Shown: positions 41,940-56,057, counted from the first letter of the stretch. The stretch is DNA of 64,000 nucleotides from Octopus sinensis (GCF_006345805.1 NC_043015.1:23312001-23376000), one strand, 5' to 3'. Notes: generated from the sequence alone by a model not told the origin. Program-made: numbers and translations.

Positions 41940-42080
41940 TACTTTATTTTATCGACGCCCAACGTATGAAATGCAAATTTGAGCCCGGCGGGATTTGAAC
42001 TCAGTATGTATACAAAGCAGGAAGAAGTGTCGCTGAGCATAAAGTTCGACATGCCAACGACCCTGACAGTTTGCCCAGTT
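41940..42080 (-). mobile_element. tRNA-derived SINE family B, 5' part
   Basis: Minus strand ggcaaactgtcagggtcgttggca...tgagttcaaatcccgccggg...cgtcgataaaataaagta with B box GAGTTCAAATCC; homologous to 43073-43265. Confidence 0.6.
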
Positions 42081-42446
42081 TACCTAGGTAATTAAAAAGG
42101 ATTAGGTAATTAAATTTTCACACGAAATAGGATATCGGAAGATTGATCGTTAAGTCAGTAAGGGGCGAAAATAGCTCTATATATAACATACTTATACGAG
42201 TTAATTTGTAGTCCCGTTGAATTTCCAGATTACTAAGGAATATCAAACCACCAAACATATGTACGTGGGCATTGGGAAAATTTATTGTTCACGTGTTGGA
42301 AAGTAGATTTCCAAAGCAAGAGTAGAGATGAAGATTGAAAGCTGTTTCATCGGAACCACTTCCCGAGATATCAAATCATTCAGCATTCCTAAAAATGCGA
42401 TCCAATTCCATGGAGAGTCTGGAAAGATGTTTATAAATATAGATAC

Positions 42447-42825
42447 AGGCGTGGCACTGTGGTAAGAAGCTTGCTTCCTAATCACGTGGTTCTGGGTTCG
42501 GTCCCACTGTGTCGTACCTTGGGCAAGTGTCGCCTTCTTTAGCCTCGAGCCGAACAAATCTTGTATTTGGTAGACGGAAACTGAAAGAAGCCCGTCGTAT
42601 TCATATGCATATAGTTATGTATGTGTCTTTGTGTCTGCGCTTGTTTCCCTAACAGCGCTTGACAACCGAAGTTGGTTCGTTTACGTCCCAGTATCTTAAC
42701 AGCACTGGAGGAGAAGAATCCGTTACAATAAGTACCAAGCTTACAAAGAATAAGTCGAAGGATAGATTTTCTCGACTAAATGGCGGAGCACTAGCATGAC
42801 CCCAGTGAAATAACTGAAAGTAGTA
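42447..42825 (+). mobile_element. Near full-length tRNA-derived SINE (family A)
   Basis: A-box-like TGGCACTGTGG at 42452, B box GGTTCGGTCC at 42495, body tttggtagacggaaactgaaagaagcccgtcgta, 3' end cgactaaatggcggagcactagcatgacccc. Confidence 0.85.
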
Positions 42826-43072
42826 ATATATATATATATATATAAATCCTGAGTTTTTCTTAGAGCGATGATCAAAATCATACAATGTCTCAAACAAACG
42901 CATGCACACACATACACATGCACAAATATTTCGTCATTGATTATATGCATGAATTGTCTTTTAAGGTTCAATTGTGAGACGCTTCATTAGCAAAGTACTC
43001 TGATGTATTCATTTGAAGGATTTCGAAGTAATTCGTAGAATCCAAACATAGTGTCGATATTTTAGATATGTA

Positions 43073-43265
43073 AGGCCATGAGCTGACAGAATTATTGGTA
43101 CATCGGAAAATATGCTTATTGACATTTCTTCCGGCGTGACGGTTCGGAGTTCAAAATTTCAAAATTTCGATATCGATAAAATAGGTACCAGTTAAGCACT
43201 GGGGTCGATGTAATCAACATGGCCTCTATCTCTAACTTGCTGGCCTTGACCCCAAATTCAAAACG
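43073..43265 (+). mobile_element. tRNA-derived SINE family B
   Basis: gagctgacagaattattgg...ggagttcaaa...tcgataaaataggtaccagttaagcactggggtcgatgtaatcaac...acttgctggccttg. Confidence 0.65.
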
Positions 43266-43359
43266 AATATTTTACCTGTGTGTGTGTGTGTTGGGCATGT
43301 GTAGCATATATGTTTGTACTGATATATATATATATATTTATATTTATATATATAGACAC

Positions 43360-43510
43360 AGGAGTGGTTGTGTGTTATGGACCATATTGTCCCGGGTTCA
43401 GTATCACTGCGTAGCACCTTGTCCACGTGTCTTATGCTATAACTTCGGGCCGACTAAATCGTTGTGAGCGGATTTGGTAGACAAAATGGTAAAGAAGCCC
43501 GTCGCATATG
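43360..43510 (+). mobile_element. SINE family A 5' half
   Basis: aggagtggttgtgtg...cccgggttcagtatcactgcgtagcacctt...cgggccgact...ggatttggtagac...aagaagcccgtcg. Confidence 0.75.
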
Positions 43511-44234
43511 TGTGTGTGTGTGTGTGTGCGTAATTTGGGAAGAATATACATTTCATACCAACCCACAGAAGGCAGGAGAAAATAGTTGCTAACTTCCAAA
43601 CAGCATATGAACGAATTCCACCCATGCATTCTAGATACACCAATTGCACGCGGGTATATTGTTGGAATTCGTTACGCTGTAGGACTTTGATGCCCAACGT
43701 TTGTAACATGAAGCCAAATTAAAGATTTCTTGTTCATATGGTAGTAGTAAGTGAGTGATATATATTAACAAGGGAAAAATATACATCTCTCTCTCTCTAT
43801 ATATATATATACAGAAAGACACACACACATACATACACATACATATAAGTATATATATATATATATATATGCGTGTGCGTTCATGGGTGAGTGGGTGTGT
43901 GAAGATCTTTTTTTTTTTCCTCCTACTTTATTTTCTGTCTATCGGTCTACACTTTCTATCCACCTTCTAAACGTTTCCTCCGCTTTCTCTCATGTTTACT
44001 CATAGACTTGAGTGCTTCTTTTAAATAAATTTAACGACATGCTCTGCGTCTAAAAGATTTCTTGGCAAAATCCTGGCATATTACATAAATCTGGCAAATT
44101 ATTATGTCTCTATGTTATGAAATTATTAGTAATTCTTTTATGAAAATGCAAGCTTTAAATTGTATATATTGTATATATGTATGAATGTGTGCGTGTATAC
44201 ATATGCATAAATAAATAAATATATGTATATATAT

Positions 44235-44279
<45 letters not shown>

Positions 44280-44288
44280 TATATACAT

Positions 44289-44351
<63 letters not shown>

Positions 44352-45527
44352 ATATGATACACACAAATACATCGCTTATGGATGTGTATCATTTAGACAT
44401 GGTTTATACAAGGATACAAATATATTTTTTGAGAGAGATAGAGAGAGAGACAAAAAGGGAAACAGAGGCATACTCATATGTGCTTATCAACGCATATATA
44501 CACTTGTATATACATACATGTGAATATACATGTGAATATACGCTTGTCTCCATAAATATTTGTGGTCTTACGTGTCTCTGATTATCTGGATGCAAACATA
44601 TACGTACGTGTTCGCAAAGAATTTTAGCAAATATCGTTATAGCCTAATTTTATTGTCACATATAACGCTTATATTCCGGAGTATATTCTTAAATTGTTGA
44701 GGAAACATTGTATTAAAACGCGTAATGTTCAGCCAATTTGAATTTAAAATGTATATTAATTGCATATTATTGCTAAAACCAATGTATTCCGCTGTGAATT
44801 TCATTCTTTACATAACGATACGTACATAAATGTATGTCTGTATGAACAAGGAGGTGCAAACATTCCGGCTGCTCAAACGCACACTCCCGCAGGCACACAA
44901 GCACTCACGCAGAAATATGTAGGCTAATAGTTAGAAGTTTGCCTATATCTATACGCAAGGACATAGCTATCTATATTCATGTACACGCACATACAGGCAT
45001 ACACAGGTACATATATATATATATATTTATATGTGTGTGTGTGTGTGCGTGTGTGTGTATACTTGATTGGTTTTAGCTCTGTGGAAGATAACATTGTTGG
45101 GGTGGCTTTCTAAATTTTCATTCGATCAATGGATTGATTGATGAAATTGTATAAGCAACGAAATTCATTTCTGAAAAGCTATATATATAGTACGTTTAAA
45201 TATTTGTTGTGCAAGATTTTTTCTGTGAAGTCGTGTGTTGAAACAGATATTGTTATATTTCGGAATGGTCATAGAGATATAAGCATGCGCAAATGAAGAC
45301 ATACAATAGAAATACAAAATGGCTGACGGTTAATAAGGAGAGACACAAATAAGAAAGAAGAAAACAAAGGACTACTGATGCGGTCACAGGAGTGTGACGA
45401 AAGAACTCTGGCCGAAATAAGTTTAAGATTAATGTAAAAGATAAATAACAATGAAGCAAAATAATACCAAATATATAGTGCATGTGTTTTTATTGGCTAA
45501 ACTGGCAAAATGACCATTCCGAAATAT

Positions 45528-45588
<61 letters not shown>

Positions 45589-46089
45589 TACAGTGTACAT
45601 TTAAACACATAAGAGGTACCCATCATAGGATACCTTGAACACTAGAAGGAGTAGCCAAAATCCAACCACTATTAGGGATAAATTTCGAAGGGAGTGAAAA
45701 ATAAAAACATTTATCATCTATTTCCTGGACCATGGTTTCTGACTCTATATTAGAAAATAAAATAGTTTACTAAGCGGAGTCGTCATCAGCCCGTATGCCA
45801 AGAGTAATCAAAAACCACGATGCAATCCAGTATGTGCCCGTGCTTAAATATTATATCGTTTCAAATCCACCGCGCAAGCGCAGTTTTTTTATCAGCAGAA
45901 AATAAAATAATGACGGCGTTAGTTCGAAAAGATTATCAATGATTAATGATATGATGGTTACCTCTTATGTGTTTAAATGTACAATGCATTTATATGAATA
46001 ATATATAGCCTATTGACTAATTTTTTTTACACGCTAGACCACTGATAGTAAAAATTTTTTGAAACTTTTTCTTACCCTGATATTGTTAA

Positions 46090-46141
<52 letters not shown>

Positions 46142-46793
46142 ATATATATATAATAAATATATTATATATAATATGTATATATATATATATATATATATAC
46201 ATATATACATATAACATATATACATATATATATATATACATACATACAAGTGATTATACAAACGAAAGTAGGGCACTCGACATATTTATTGGGAGTTGCA
46301 TACATAGGTTACACTCATATATATATATTCATGCACACATACATGCTTATATACACATATGTATACGTATATAGCCAAATAACTAGTGCCATGCACTGGC
46401 GTTCCCTGTTTACGACTCCCATACTGTAGTTGCGTTCTGTTCTTGAGCAAGACAATTCGCTTTTCTATCATTCCAGGCCACTAACCGGTAAATGTCTGAT
46501 TTTGTGACACATTGCCGTTCACTTCAATGGGAGTGTCGGTTTGCCTGTGTAGCCAGTAGGGCACGTTCATGCGAAACATAGAACAAAGTATACCGTATTC
46601 GGACCAGCGGTATATGATAACATCCGATATTCGAATCATAAACGTGATAGTGTCCTATCAACTGTACATGTAGATATGCCTCTGTGAGTGTTAGATGCAT
46701 CTCATATAAGAACAAATACATATGTACTTTGATATAATATATATATATATATATAATATATAATATATATATATATATATATAATATATATAT

Positions 46794-46894
46794 ATATAAG
46801 AAAGTTTGAAAATGCAATTTAAACGATGTTTATTTACTTCACCGGTTTCACTCTTTGGTAAAAGATTGTCAAAAGTAACATTGAATAATATGGG
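46794..46894 (+). repeat. Partial copy of the 5' end of the putative Helitron-like element (inverted relative to 49927-50034)
   Basis: gtttgaaaatgcaatttaaacgatg...accggtttca...taaaagattgtcaaaagtaacattgaataatatggg matches the reverse complement of 49927-50020 at roughly 90% by manual alignment. Confidence 0.85.
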
Positions 46895-48030
46895 AATCAC
46901 ATATCTATGAAAAATCCAAATATAAGTACGGCCAGTCTTTCCACAAATACCTGTTGGAGAACTGGAAACGCTACTTAGATGATTGCCTCATCCTATGGTC
47001 CCACACACTCGACCAACTTATAGACTTCAAAAACCTTATCAACAGTGTAAATAACAACATTCAATTCACAATGGAATATAGTCAGGACCAACTCCCTTTT
47101 CTTGAGATCCTAATCATTAAAAAAGGCGTCAACATTGAAACTGACATCCATTACAAACCCACTGACTTAAACAATACCTTCTATTCACCTCCAATCACCA
47201 AAACACACAAGACAAATATCCCCTTCAACCTAGCGAGAAGAATCTGCACTATTGTCTCAAATGACACAACACGAAATAGAAGACTCCGGGAACTAAGGGC
47301 ATTCTTCTCGAAAGACATTACCCGCATCACTAGTAGACAACGGAATAGAACGGCAAATCAATCAACATTCAAGACCTACGAAAACCCAAACACATCCACA
47401 GTACAGTAAATAGCCTCCCCTATCTCTCAAACACAACCCAAGGAATGCAGAAGCTTACACTATTATATACAACAACATTCCACAACTAAATCAGACCCAC
47501 GCCTGAAAAAAATACTGGCAGCTCATAAAATAATAAAAAGTAAGAGACAACCTAAATCCCTAAAAAACCTCCTCACCAACGCACAAATTACACAACACAA
47601 ACCCACCGCCCACCATCAAAAAATGTGGTCGCCCCAACTGCAAGACCTGCATCCACCTCATTGAGGGATCGTCGTACAAGTTCCACTCGGGACACACATT
47701 CATCATAAAAAATAATTTCACGTGCGCATCAAAAAATTTACTCTACGTCATAAGGTGTGAAGGATGCCACGAAGACTACATAGGGCAAACGAGCCTTACC
47801 CTCAGAGAAAGAATGACAGTTCCCCGACAACAACTGAGGGACCCCTCCACAAGACAGATACCACTAAGTGGCACTTAGACCTTTGTGCAGACAATAAGTC
47901 CCCCAAATTCTTAGTCTTCCCACTATACCAATGCTCGGACAACACCACAGAACCAACACGAATAAATAAGGAAAGTAATCTTATTCAAAAATACAGACCA
48001 CAACTAAACATACTCACATACCCCCTGGAA
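46891..48030 (+). mobile_element. Penelope-like element: RT C-terminal half, thumb and GIY-YIG endonuclease, 5'-truncated and frameshifted
   Basis: WKRYLDDCLILW...NNIQFTME...LPFLEILI...TDIHYKPTD; KTNIPFNLARRICTIVS; KSKRQPKSLKNLLT; KCGRPNCKTC; FTCASKNLLYVIRCEGCHEDYIGQTSLTLRERM; FLVFPLYQ...KESNLIQKYRPQLN. Confidence 0.92.
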
Positions 48031-48121
48031 ACACATCCAGTGCAAGCACACAGGGACACGCGCACACTCACAGCATATCGTGCGGGCGGGCACATGCATG
48101 CATCGGCACGCATAGGACACA

Positions 48122-48342
48122 CTAGCGGGCATTGACCGCACACATACGTGGCATACACACGCATGCATTATATATATGTAGGTTATGTATATGTGTGAGT
48201 GTTGTGTGTGTGTGTGTGTGCACGTTGTGTGTGTGTGTGCGCGTGTGTATATATGTGTGTGTGTATGTGCACTATGTGCGTGTGTGTGTGTATGTGTGTG
48301 TGTGAGCATTATATACGTGTGTATGTATTTACATATGTATTT

Positions 48343-48385
<43 letters not shown>

Positions 48386-48539
48386 GAGTGTTGTGTGCGT
48401 ATATGCATGGTATGTGTGTATATGTGAGTACATTGTTTGTGTGTGTGGGTGTGTGTGTGAATTTTTTATATATATACATGTGTGGGTATGTGTGTGAAAA
48501 AATATATGTATGTGCATGTATGTATGTATGTATATGTAG

Positions 48540-48574
<35 letters not shown>

Positions 48575-50068
48575 GGTGTATGTAATATGTGTGTGTGTGT
48601 ATATTTATTTGCATGTTATATGCGTGTATAAACATGTGCATTATTTGCATGCGCATTGTGTATATGTATATTTATGTATGTGTATGTATATGTATGTGTA
48701 CAATTAAGTGTATATATGTGTGTGTATGTGTGCATTGTATATATGTATATTGTAGGTGTGCCATATGTGCATGAATACATGTATATGCATTGCGTGTATA
48801 TATATGTATGCATTGTGTATGTATGTTATGTGTGTGTGTTTATATATATTATATGTATGCGTACGTGTATGTGTATGCATTGTATGTGTATGTATATTGT
48901 GTGTATATGTGGTATATCTATGTATGTGTATGTGAACACTATTTATATGTATACATGTATATATGTATATGCATTGTCTATATATATATATAATATATAT
49001 TATATGTATGTATTGCGTACGTATATTGCATGCATATCTTGTGTTATGTGCATTATATAACGTGCTGTATTTGTATATTGTATGTGTAATATATGCTAGG
49101 TGTATTTGTGTGATATTTATATATGTATGGATGTGGCGTGTGTTGTGTGTGTGTGTGTGTTTTGTGTGTATGTGTGTTATATATATGTGTGTATATTATA
49201 TATAAATACATGTTATATTTGTGTGTTGTATGTATATATTATATATGTGGGTGCGTTGTGTGTGTGTGTGTGTTCTGTGGCTGTGTGTGTGTTCTGTGTA
49301 TGTGGTGTGTGTTTTTATACTATGTGTGTGTGTGTGTTGTTGTGCGTGTGTGTGTGTGTGTATATATGTGTGTGACAAACAGACGCTGCTTGACCAGCAC
49401 GCACGGACACATCTATTCACACCCACATACTAACCTCCTGATAACCCCAAAACCATTGATGCTTGAAGGGGAAGTATACACCACACTGGGTACAACCTTT
49501 TTTCTCTCAATTCAACCTTTCTGCCAAAACAAACAGGTCAGTAACAACATATTCTCGCCTTCAACTTAAAATATTCTGAGATGTATAAAAAATCCATTTT
49601 AATTTTTGCTGTCAAAAGATTGTATATATATACCAAAGACTGTGTATATATATATACATGTAATGTGACAATTTGCGACAACCAATAATTAACGCAACCA
49701 AATTTCCAATAATATATTTGTTTTATCCTTTTTTGCCAATTTTTTCAAATATTCTCATCACACTATTGAACTTCTCTGTTACCAAACACTATATTTATAC
49801 ATGTAATGTGACAATTTTGTATAAAAAAACATTTTTGAATTCATAATATCCAATGTGACAATTATGTAAAAAAATTTTTTGAATGCATAATATTCAATGT
49901 GACAATTTGTAAAAAAACTTTTTGAACCCATATTATTCAATGTTACTTTTGACAATCTTTTACGAAAAGAGGTGAAACCGGTTAAGTAATAAAACATCGT
50001 TTAAATTGCATTTTCAAACCTTTTTTCTTATATAATCCCACTCGTGCGATACCCCACAACTCAACTTT

Positions 50069-50090
<22 letters not shown>
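48122..50090 (-). mobile_element. Putative non-autonomous Helitron-like element with internal minisatellite and ~1.2-kb TG/TA low-complexity tract
   Basis: Minus strand starts (TA)n-AAAAGTTGAG and ends GCGG-TCAATGC-CCGCTAG|T (hairpin plus CTAG, followed by T at 48121); ~43-bp tandem units (aattgtcacattgaatattatgcattcaaaaa...) at 49800-49935; no transposase. The hairpin abuts CTAG rather than lying ~10 nt upstream, so the class is uncertain. Confidence 0.35.
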
Positions 50091-50099
<9 letters not shown>

Positions 50100-50773
50100 G
50101 ACTTCAAATTTTGTCACAAGGCCGGTAAGTTGGAGTATTAATCAATGATTATATAGTCGTTTATAATTAAACTAGTTTTAATTAGTCGGCAGTAATATTA
50201 AAATTAATAAAAATGTATGAAAAGAACATTTAGTACCTTAAATCAAAATTAGTGACGACTAAATTTTTCCTCTGATGTATTTGTATTGTCGCTAGCTATT
50301 TACATTAATTTTTAGTATTCCCGTTGGCATATCACCCAATTAGCCAAAAATTTATATGGCAGGTATTTATTGACAGAGGAATTTAGCTGCTCTATCGAAG
50401 CACCGGACACACGCTGTTGATATGTCCCAATTGGACGATAAAACCATGGTCCAGTCGTCTAGCTTTGATCATTGGGCGAGTATCTGCCCTCCCAGTATAT
50501 GTAAGATTGCTTTTCCCCCCAGCTATAGAGTTATATTTCTAACTACAACTACACGCCCGCACGTACGCACACTCACACACACACACACACAATATGCTTA
50601 TTTTGAGAAAATGGATTGACTAAAAATACCCGGATGTATTTCTCTCTAATAAAAAAGAGGAAGGCGAAATACCGCTGTCTCAATGTCCAGTGACGACATT
50701 CAATGTGAAGTATTTGTTTTAAATTTAGAATGTCTTATAAGAGAAATTTCTCCAGGAGAAAGTATATCTGCTG

Positions 50774-50846
<73 letters not shown>

Positions 50847-51176
50847 CATACACGATGTAATATTATATACACAATTATGTAAGAACATACGTAGCTATAT
50901 ATTTTGATATGTACATATATCTATACACACTCAGTCACACATATGCTGAAACCCATACATAAACATGTATTCGACCAAACACACACACACGTATGTATGT
51001 ACGTATGTAATGTGAAATAGACACAGTTGCTGGTTAGCTTGGTAGCTGAAGAGAATATGAGACAGATGGTCAAGTCGGATACAGTCATACTGATGCACAC
51101 TTCAATCAATTAAGAGAGAGATACATGGATGGAAAAATACATATATAATTATGTCAATCTATGTTTATGGGAAATA

Positions 51177-51379
51177 CGAAGATGTGCGGAAAAGTTCCTG
51201 GCTTTGTTTAGAGAGAATACAGGAGGATCAGATAATTATGAATTTATTCAACATATTCCCTGCTCAGATTTATACACTTATTTCGGCGGTCCTTCAGGTT
51301 TTCTAAGCACTGAATGTTGGGCCTCCAACCAGTGCATTCACGATACACTTAGCGCTAGGAACTTCTCAGCCTCCCCTCC
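51177..51379. mobile_element. Mariner-type MITE (~200 bp)
   Basis: TA|CGAAGATGTGCGGAAAAGTTCCTGGC ... GCTAGGAACTTCTCAGCCTCCCCTCC|TA: imperfect ~27-bp TIRs flanked by TA at 51175-76 and 51380-81. Confidence 0.75.
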
Positions 51380-51818
51380 TATATGTATATATATATATGT
51401 CTTTGTAGTATGTGTGAATAATCACATAGCATAATAATGAAATGCATATACGTGTGTATGTTTATGAGTGCATTTATATATATAGAGATCTGCATGCGTG
51501 TGTGTGTATGTATAATTATATATAGACGCACACATACATACACACCCATACACACACACACACACACATATGTGTGATGTCCTGCGCCGACATATGAATA
51601 TATATATAGGGATAGGTGTAAGTGTGTACATATAGGTATGTATATATTCATATATATCTTATCTATATTATATGATTATTATATTATATGATTGAATGCC
51701 CCGCATTGTCTTTCACATAAGTTTTATCTATCTATCAGTCTGTCTGTCTATCTATCTATCTATATACATACATACATGCATACATATTATACATACATAC
51801 ACACACCACACACACATA

Positions 51819-51936
<118 letters not shown>

Positions 51937-52356
51937 TATATATATATATATATATATATGTATACATACATCAGACAGTGCCTATATGTGAATTTTACAC
52001 ATTCGGGAGGGAGGTAGAGAAAGAAGGAAAAATATTTCTGTTGGTGGGGGAGACATAATGATTAGCCAAAGGCAAAGTATCTAATTCAATCACAACGTAT
52101 CAGTATAATATAATGCGATATGAGAATTAAATGTTGTTTTAAGATGGAAAATATTGGATTAGTGATGGCTGCACACAGCTAGCCTGTAAAACCAATTGTT
52201 ATTCTAGAGATTTAGTGTGTTTCATTTATAAAACTCTTAGATACACACCATTCCGAGATGATGTTTGAATTAAAACATATTTACATATTTTTTCTTCAAT
52301 TTCTTTTACTTTACGATATATTATTGACACATTTACTTATGTTAGTCGTAAAATAC

Positions 52357-52396
<40 letters not shown>

Positions 52397-52445
52397 TTAC
52401 ATAGATACATGAATACAGACACATAGACATACACACACATATATT

Positions 52446-52476
<31 letters not shown>

Positions 52477-52498
52477 CACAACACAACATATTATAATA

Positions 52499-52547
<49 letters not shown>

Positions 52548-52663
52548 TATGTATGTATTTATGTCTGTATACATATAGATAATGTATTTATATTATGTAT
52601 ATATATATATGCCTGTGTGTTTGTGGGTGTATGTGTATTCATATATACATGCATGTTATGTAT

Positions 52664-52712
<49 letters not shown>

Positions 52713-53646
52713 GGAGAGGTAAAAAAAGAAAGAGAGGCAAAGAGAGAGAGAGACAGAGAGAAAGAGAAATATAGATAGATTGATTGATAGACAGATAGGC
52801 AAAATGTGTATCTGTGTTGCAAACACATCCTTGCTTAACCTGATATTGTTAGTATGCTTTATTTCAATCAACCTCTTCTCTGTATCAACACAGGAAAACA
52901 CGAATCCAATATAAACATAACTGCCAATGTGAATACATCATAAATATAAAATAAATAGTTCGTTATTTACTTTTCGTTATTATCATCTTAGTGTTTGTCT
53001 TTCTCTTTCTCTTCCTACGCTTGTGTCTTCTCGTTCGAAATAGATTCGCCTACTCTAGCTTATATATTTTTGTGTAATTTTCAAGAGATATAATTGATAT
53101 CATCATTGGATACTCTTGGCTCTTTTACAGAAATGCTGCCACTTCTATAGAAAAGTGGCTTTGATTTCGATTCGATTCCCCCGTCAGATTCCTCACCCAA
53201 AATATTCACCATGTGTATATATGATATTCCTATATATCGGGTGTACAATCATATGTACGATAACCACTGAGCAGAGCTCAACATTATTAATACTTACTAC
53301 CTCAGCTTTCAGTATTATGGCCCGGTGTACTGGTTAAATCACTGAACCTTGTCCAGTTAATTGTTATGATGTACAAAATATATGTAGTGTACGCTTAAGT
53401 TAAACACCAGCATAAATAATTTGTTCTTACGTAGGTTTTCCAATAACAGTTACTTATAACTCAGCATTGAATGTTCGAAGTACATTTGGATGCCCAAACA
53501 CAATGGTCTAAAGGGGAACATATTATTGCATTTTCTGTTACATAGATCTATCTCTGTACAAGAACACAAGAAACGGTCATAGCAACTAAATATTGATACT
53601 GTTTATCGTAATTTATCCCGATATATACATATATATATATATATAT

Positions 53647-55368
53647 GATTTTTGATTTTGATTTTTCCAGTTTCAGCTAATGAGCTGTGGCCATGCTGGG
53701 GCACCGCCATTTGGTTTGCTACACGATTTTACCTCGCGGATGCTTTTTAGCAAACGCCATCTGATGCATGAAAGAGTTCGATGCAGCTGCCCTCATCTGC
53801 ACCTCCTGCCGTGAAGTTGGTTCATCCGGGACACCTGACAGGAAGAGATCCAGTCCTACTTTAAAGACATCCGCATCCACACCATGCAGGTCCCTCAGGT
53901 TCTTTGGGAGGATATTGAAGAGCTGTAGGCCTCTGAAGCCCAGGCTATCACAATATCTTGTCCTACATCTTGATGGCAAGTTTGGAGTCCTTGGTACTAC
54001 GCAGTGGCGTCCGGTTCTGGCATTTGTGTGACTCTTGATGCCAAAGTCTGGGACAAGTCCTTCCAGGATCTTCCAGATATATATTATGGCATATCTTTCT
54101 CGCCTACGCTCCAGGGAATAGAGCTTTAATCTCTTGAGTCTTTCCCAGTAGCTCATATGTTGCACAGAGGCTATCTTCTTCGTGTAGCTTCGTTGGATCG
54201 CCTCAAGTTCTGTGATCAACTTGACACTGGATGGTGACCATAGCTAGAGCAATAGTCAAAGTGGCTTAGGATAAGTGTCTTCCAGAGGACCATCATGGTT
54301 TTTTGTTCTCTTGTTCTACAGGTTCTAAGAATCCAGCCAGCCAGCCGTCTACATTTCATTGCCAGTTTAGCAACATGTACATGAAAGGTCGCGTCATCAC
54401 TCATGTGAATACCAAGGTCACGCACTGATTATGCCTCTGGGATTGCAATCCCTCCGGGTCCAGTGTATTCATTGGGTATTGCATTCTGTTTTGCATGCTG
54501 ATAGTATAAAGCTTGAAACTTTTCAGCATTGAACTGCATGCTATTCTTTTCAGCCCACTTGTATATTTCGTCCAGCTCACATTGCAGGTGCTTAGTGTCT
54601 TCAGGGTTCTGTATTGCCTGTGAAACTTTTGTATCATCTGCATAACTTGTGATCGTGGCTCTCTGCGTGGCTGAGGGCATGTCTGAGAGGGCCATTATGA
54701 ACAGTAGTGGTCCCAAAACAGTGCCCTGCGGAACACCGCTCACTATTTGCTGCTACCACCTGACTTCTATTCTTCAGAAAGTCATGAAGCCATTCTCCCA
54801 ATTTTCCAACTATGCCAAGATCACGCAGTTTGTGACATATCATTCCATGTTCGACTTTATCAAAGGCCTTTGCAAAGTCGAGATATATGACTTCCACATT
54901 TGAGTGGTTGAGCAGTTGTTTCAGCGCCCAGTCATGGTGTTGTAGGAGCTGAGTTAAGCAGCTTCTTCCTGGTCGGAAACCACGTTGGGTGTCAGGCAGC
55001 AAGTCATATTCTTCAAGGAAGGTAATTAGTTTCCTTCTGACTATTCGTTCCATGACCTTTCTGATGTGTGAGGTGAGAGAGATAGGTCTGTAGTTCTTGG
55101 CCTCTGCTCTGCTACCTCCTTTATGAATAGGGCATATTTTACCTTCCTTCAGTTTTTTTGGAAGTTTGCCAGCTGCAAGGAAGCTCTGAAAGAGGATCTG
55201 CAGTGGTCTTGCTAGGACTCTCTTACATACTTTTAGGAGGATTGCCGGGAATCCATCGGGGCCAATAGCTGAGTCTGTTTTCATTTCATCTATGGCCTTT
55301 ATTACATCGTCTTCCTTTATATCGATGTAATTTATCGTCGCCGCCTCTGATTTTATATCTGCAGTGGT
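53647..55368 (-). mobile_element. 5'-truncated CR1/L2-type LINE (RT and C-terminus) with 3' UTR and (AAAATC)n tail
   Basis: Consecutive frameshifted ORFs 54634-55284, 54429-54743, 54216-54425, 53719-54219: AIGPDGFP, NYRPISLTS, QRGFRPGRSC, YLDFAKAFDKV, SGVPQGTVLGPLLF, YADDTK, RDLGI, FDYCS, LEAIQR, YSLERRR. Tail gatttttgattttgattttt at 53647; flanked by (TA)n on both sides. Confidence 0.95.
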
Positions 55369-55440
55369 AAATAATATATATATATATATAATATCGATAT
55401 TATATATATATTGTAGATATAAATATATAGATATATATAT

Positions 55441-55488
<48 letters not shown>

Positions 55489-55584
55489 TTATATATATAT
55501 ATATTAAGAAATGAAATAAAACATATGCATATATATAAACATATATGTACGTACCTACCTCTACATGTAGATATACACGCATAT

Positions 55585-55880
55585 ATGAGTACAGGACACC
55601 AAAGGGACGTCGAACACAAAGAGAAACGAAAACATAGACACAAACCAAAGGAACTGGACATTTTTTTAAAAACAACAAAAAATGGAGTACAGGACAATTA
55701 ACACAACGAAAAGACCCCCTCTTCAGTCGCTAAGGTTTCATCTACTCTACGTTTCGAAGGATAAAAGCGAGGCGTATCCTCGACAAGAAATTTTCCTTCC
55801 TTCGAAAAGCAAATCAATTAAAATTCTGAGATCTTTTCGCAGAGGGGTAAAAAATGGTAAAAGAATTATACATGTATATA
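55585..55880. repeat. Interspersed repeat, probable PLE pLTR (related to 31790-31845)
   Basis: Two GTACAGGAC sub-repeats; minus strand has TCGAAACGTA and CTGAAGAGGGG motifs; bounded by TA-rich microsatellite. Confidence 0.45.
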
Positions 55881-56022
55881 TATATTTATATATATACAGA
55901 CAGTCAGATGATATAAAAAAGGGACAAGAAAAAACAAGGACGAAAAAGCGGAGAAACGGTACACAAATACAAATGCAAATGTGAATCGTCTTCCTTTTCT
56001 ATCGGACATTCTTCTGTTTCCT

Positions 56023-56057
56023 GTTTCCGAAGTAGAGATTTGCTCGAAACGTAAAAC
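56023..56057 (+). ncRNA. Degenerate minimal hammerhead-like motif in a pLTR-like repeat (55985-56165)
   Basis: GTTT-CCGAAGT-A-GAGATTTGCTC-GAAA-CGTA-AAAC: stem I GTTT/AAAC, stem II GAG/CTC, ACGT palindrome, GUA triplet; core mutated. Confidence 0.4.

Noticed and set aside
55735-55815. Possible hammerhead on minus strand (TATCCTTC-GAAACGTA ... CTGAAGA)
   Set aside because: Could not assemble consistent stems I-III around a core in any permutation.
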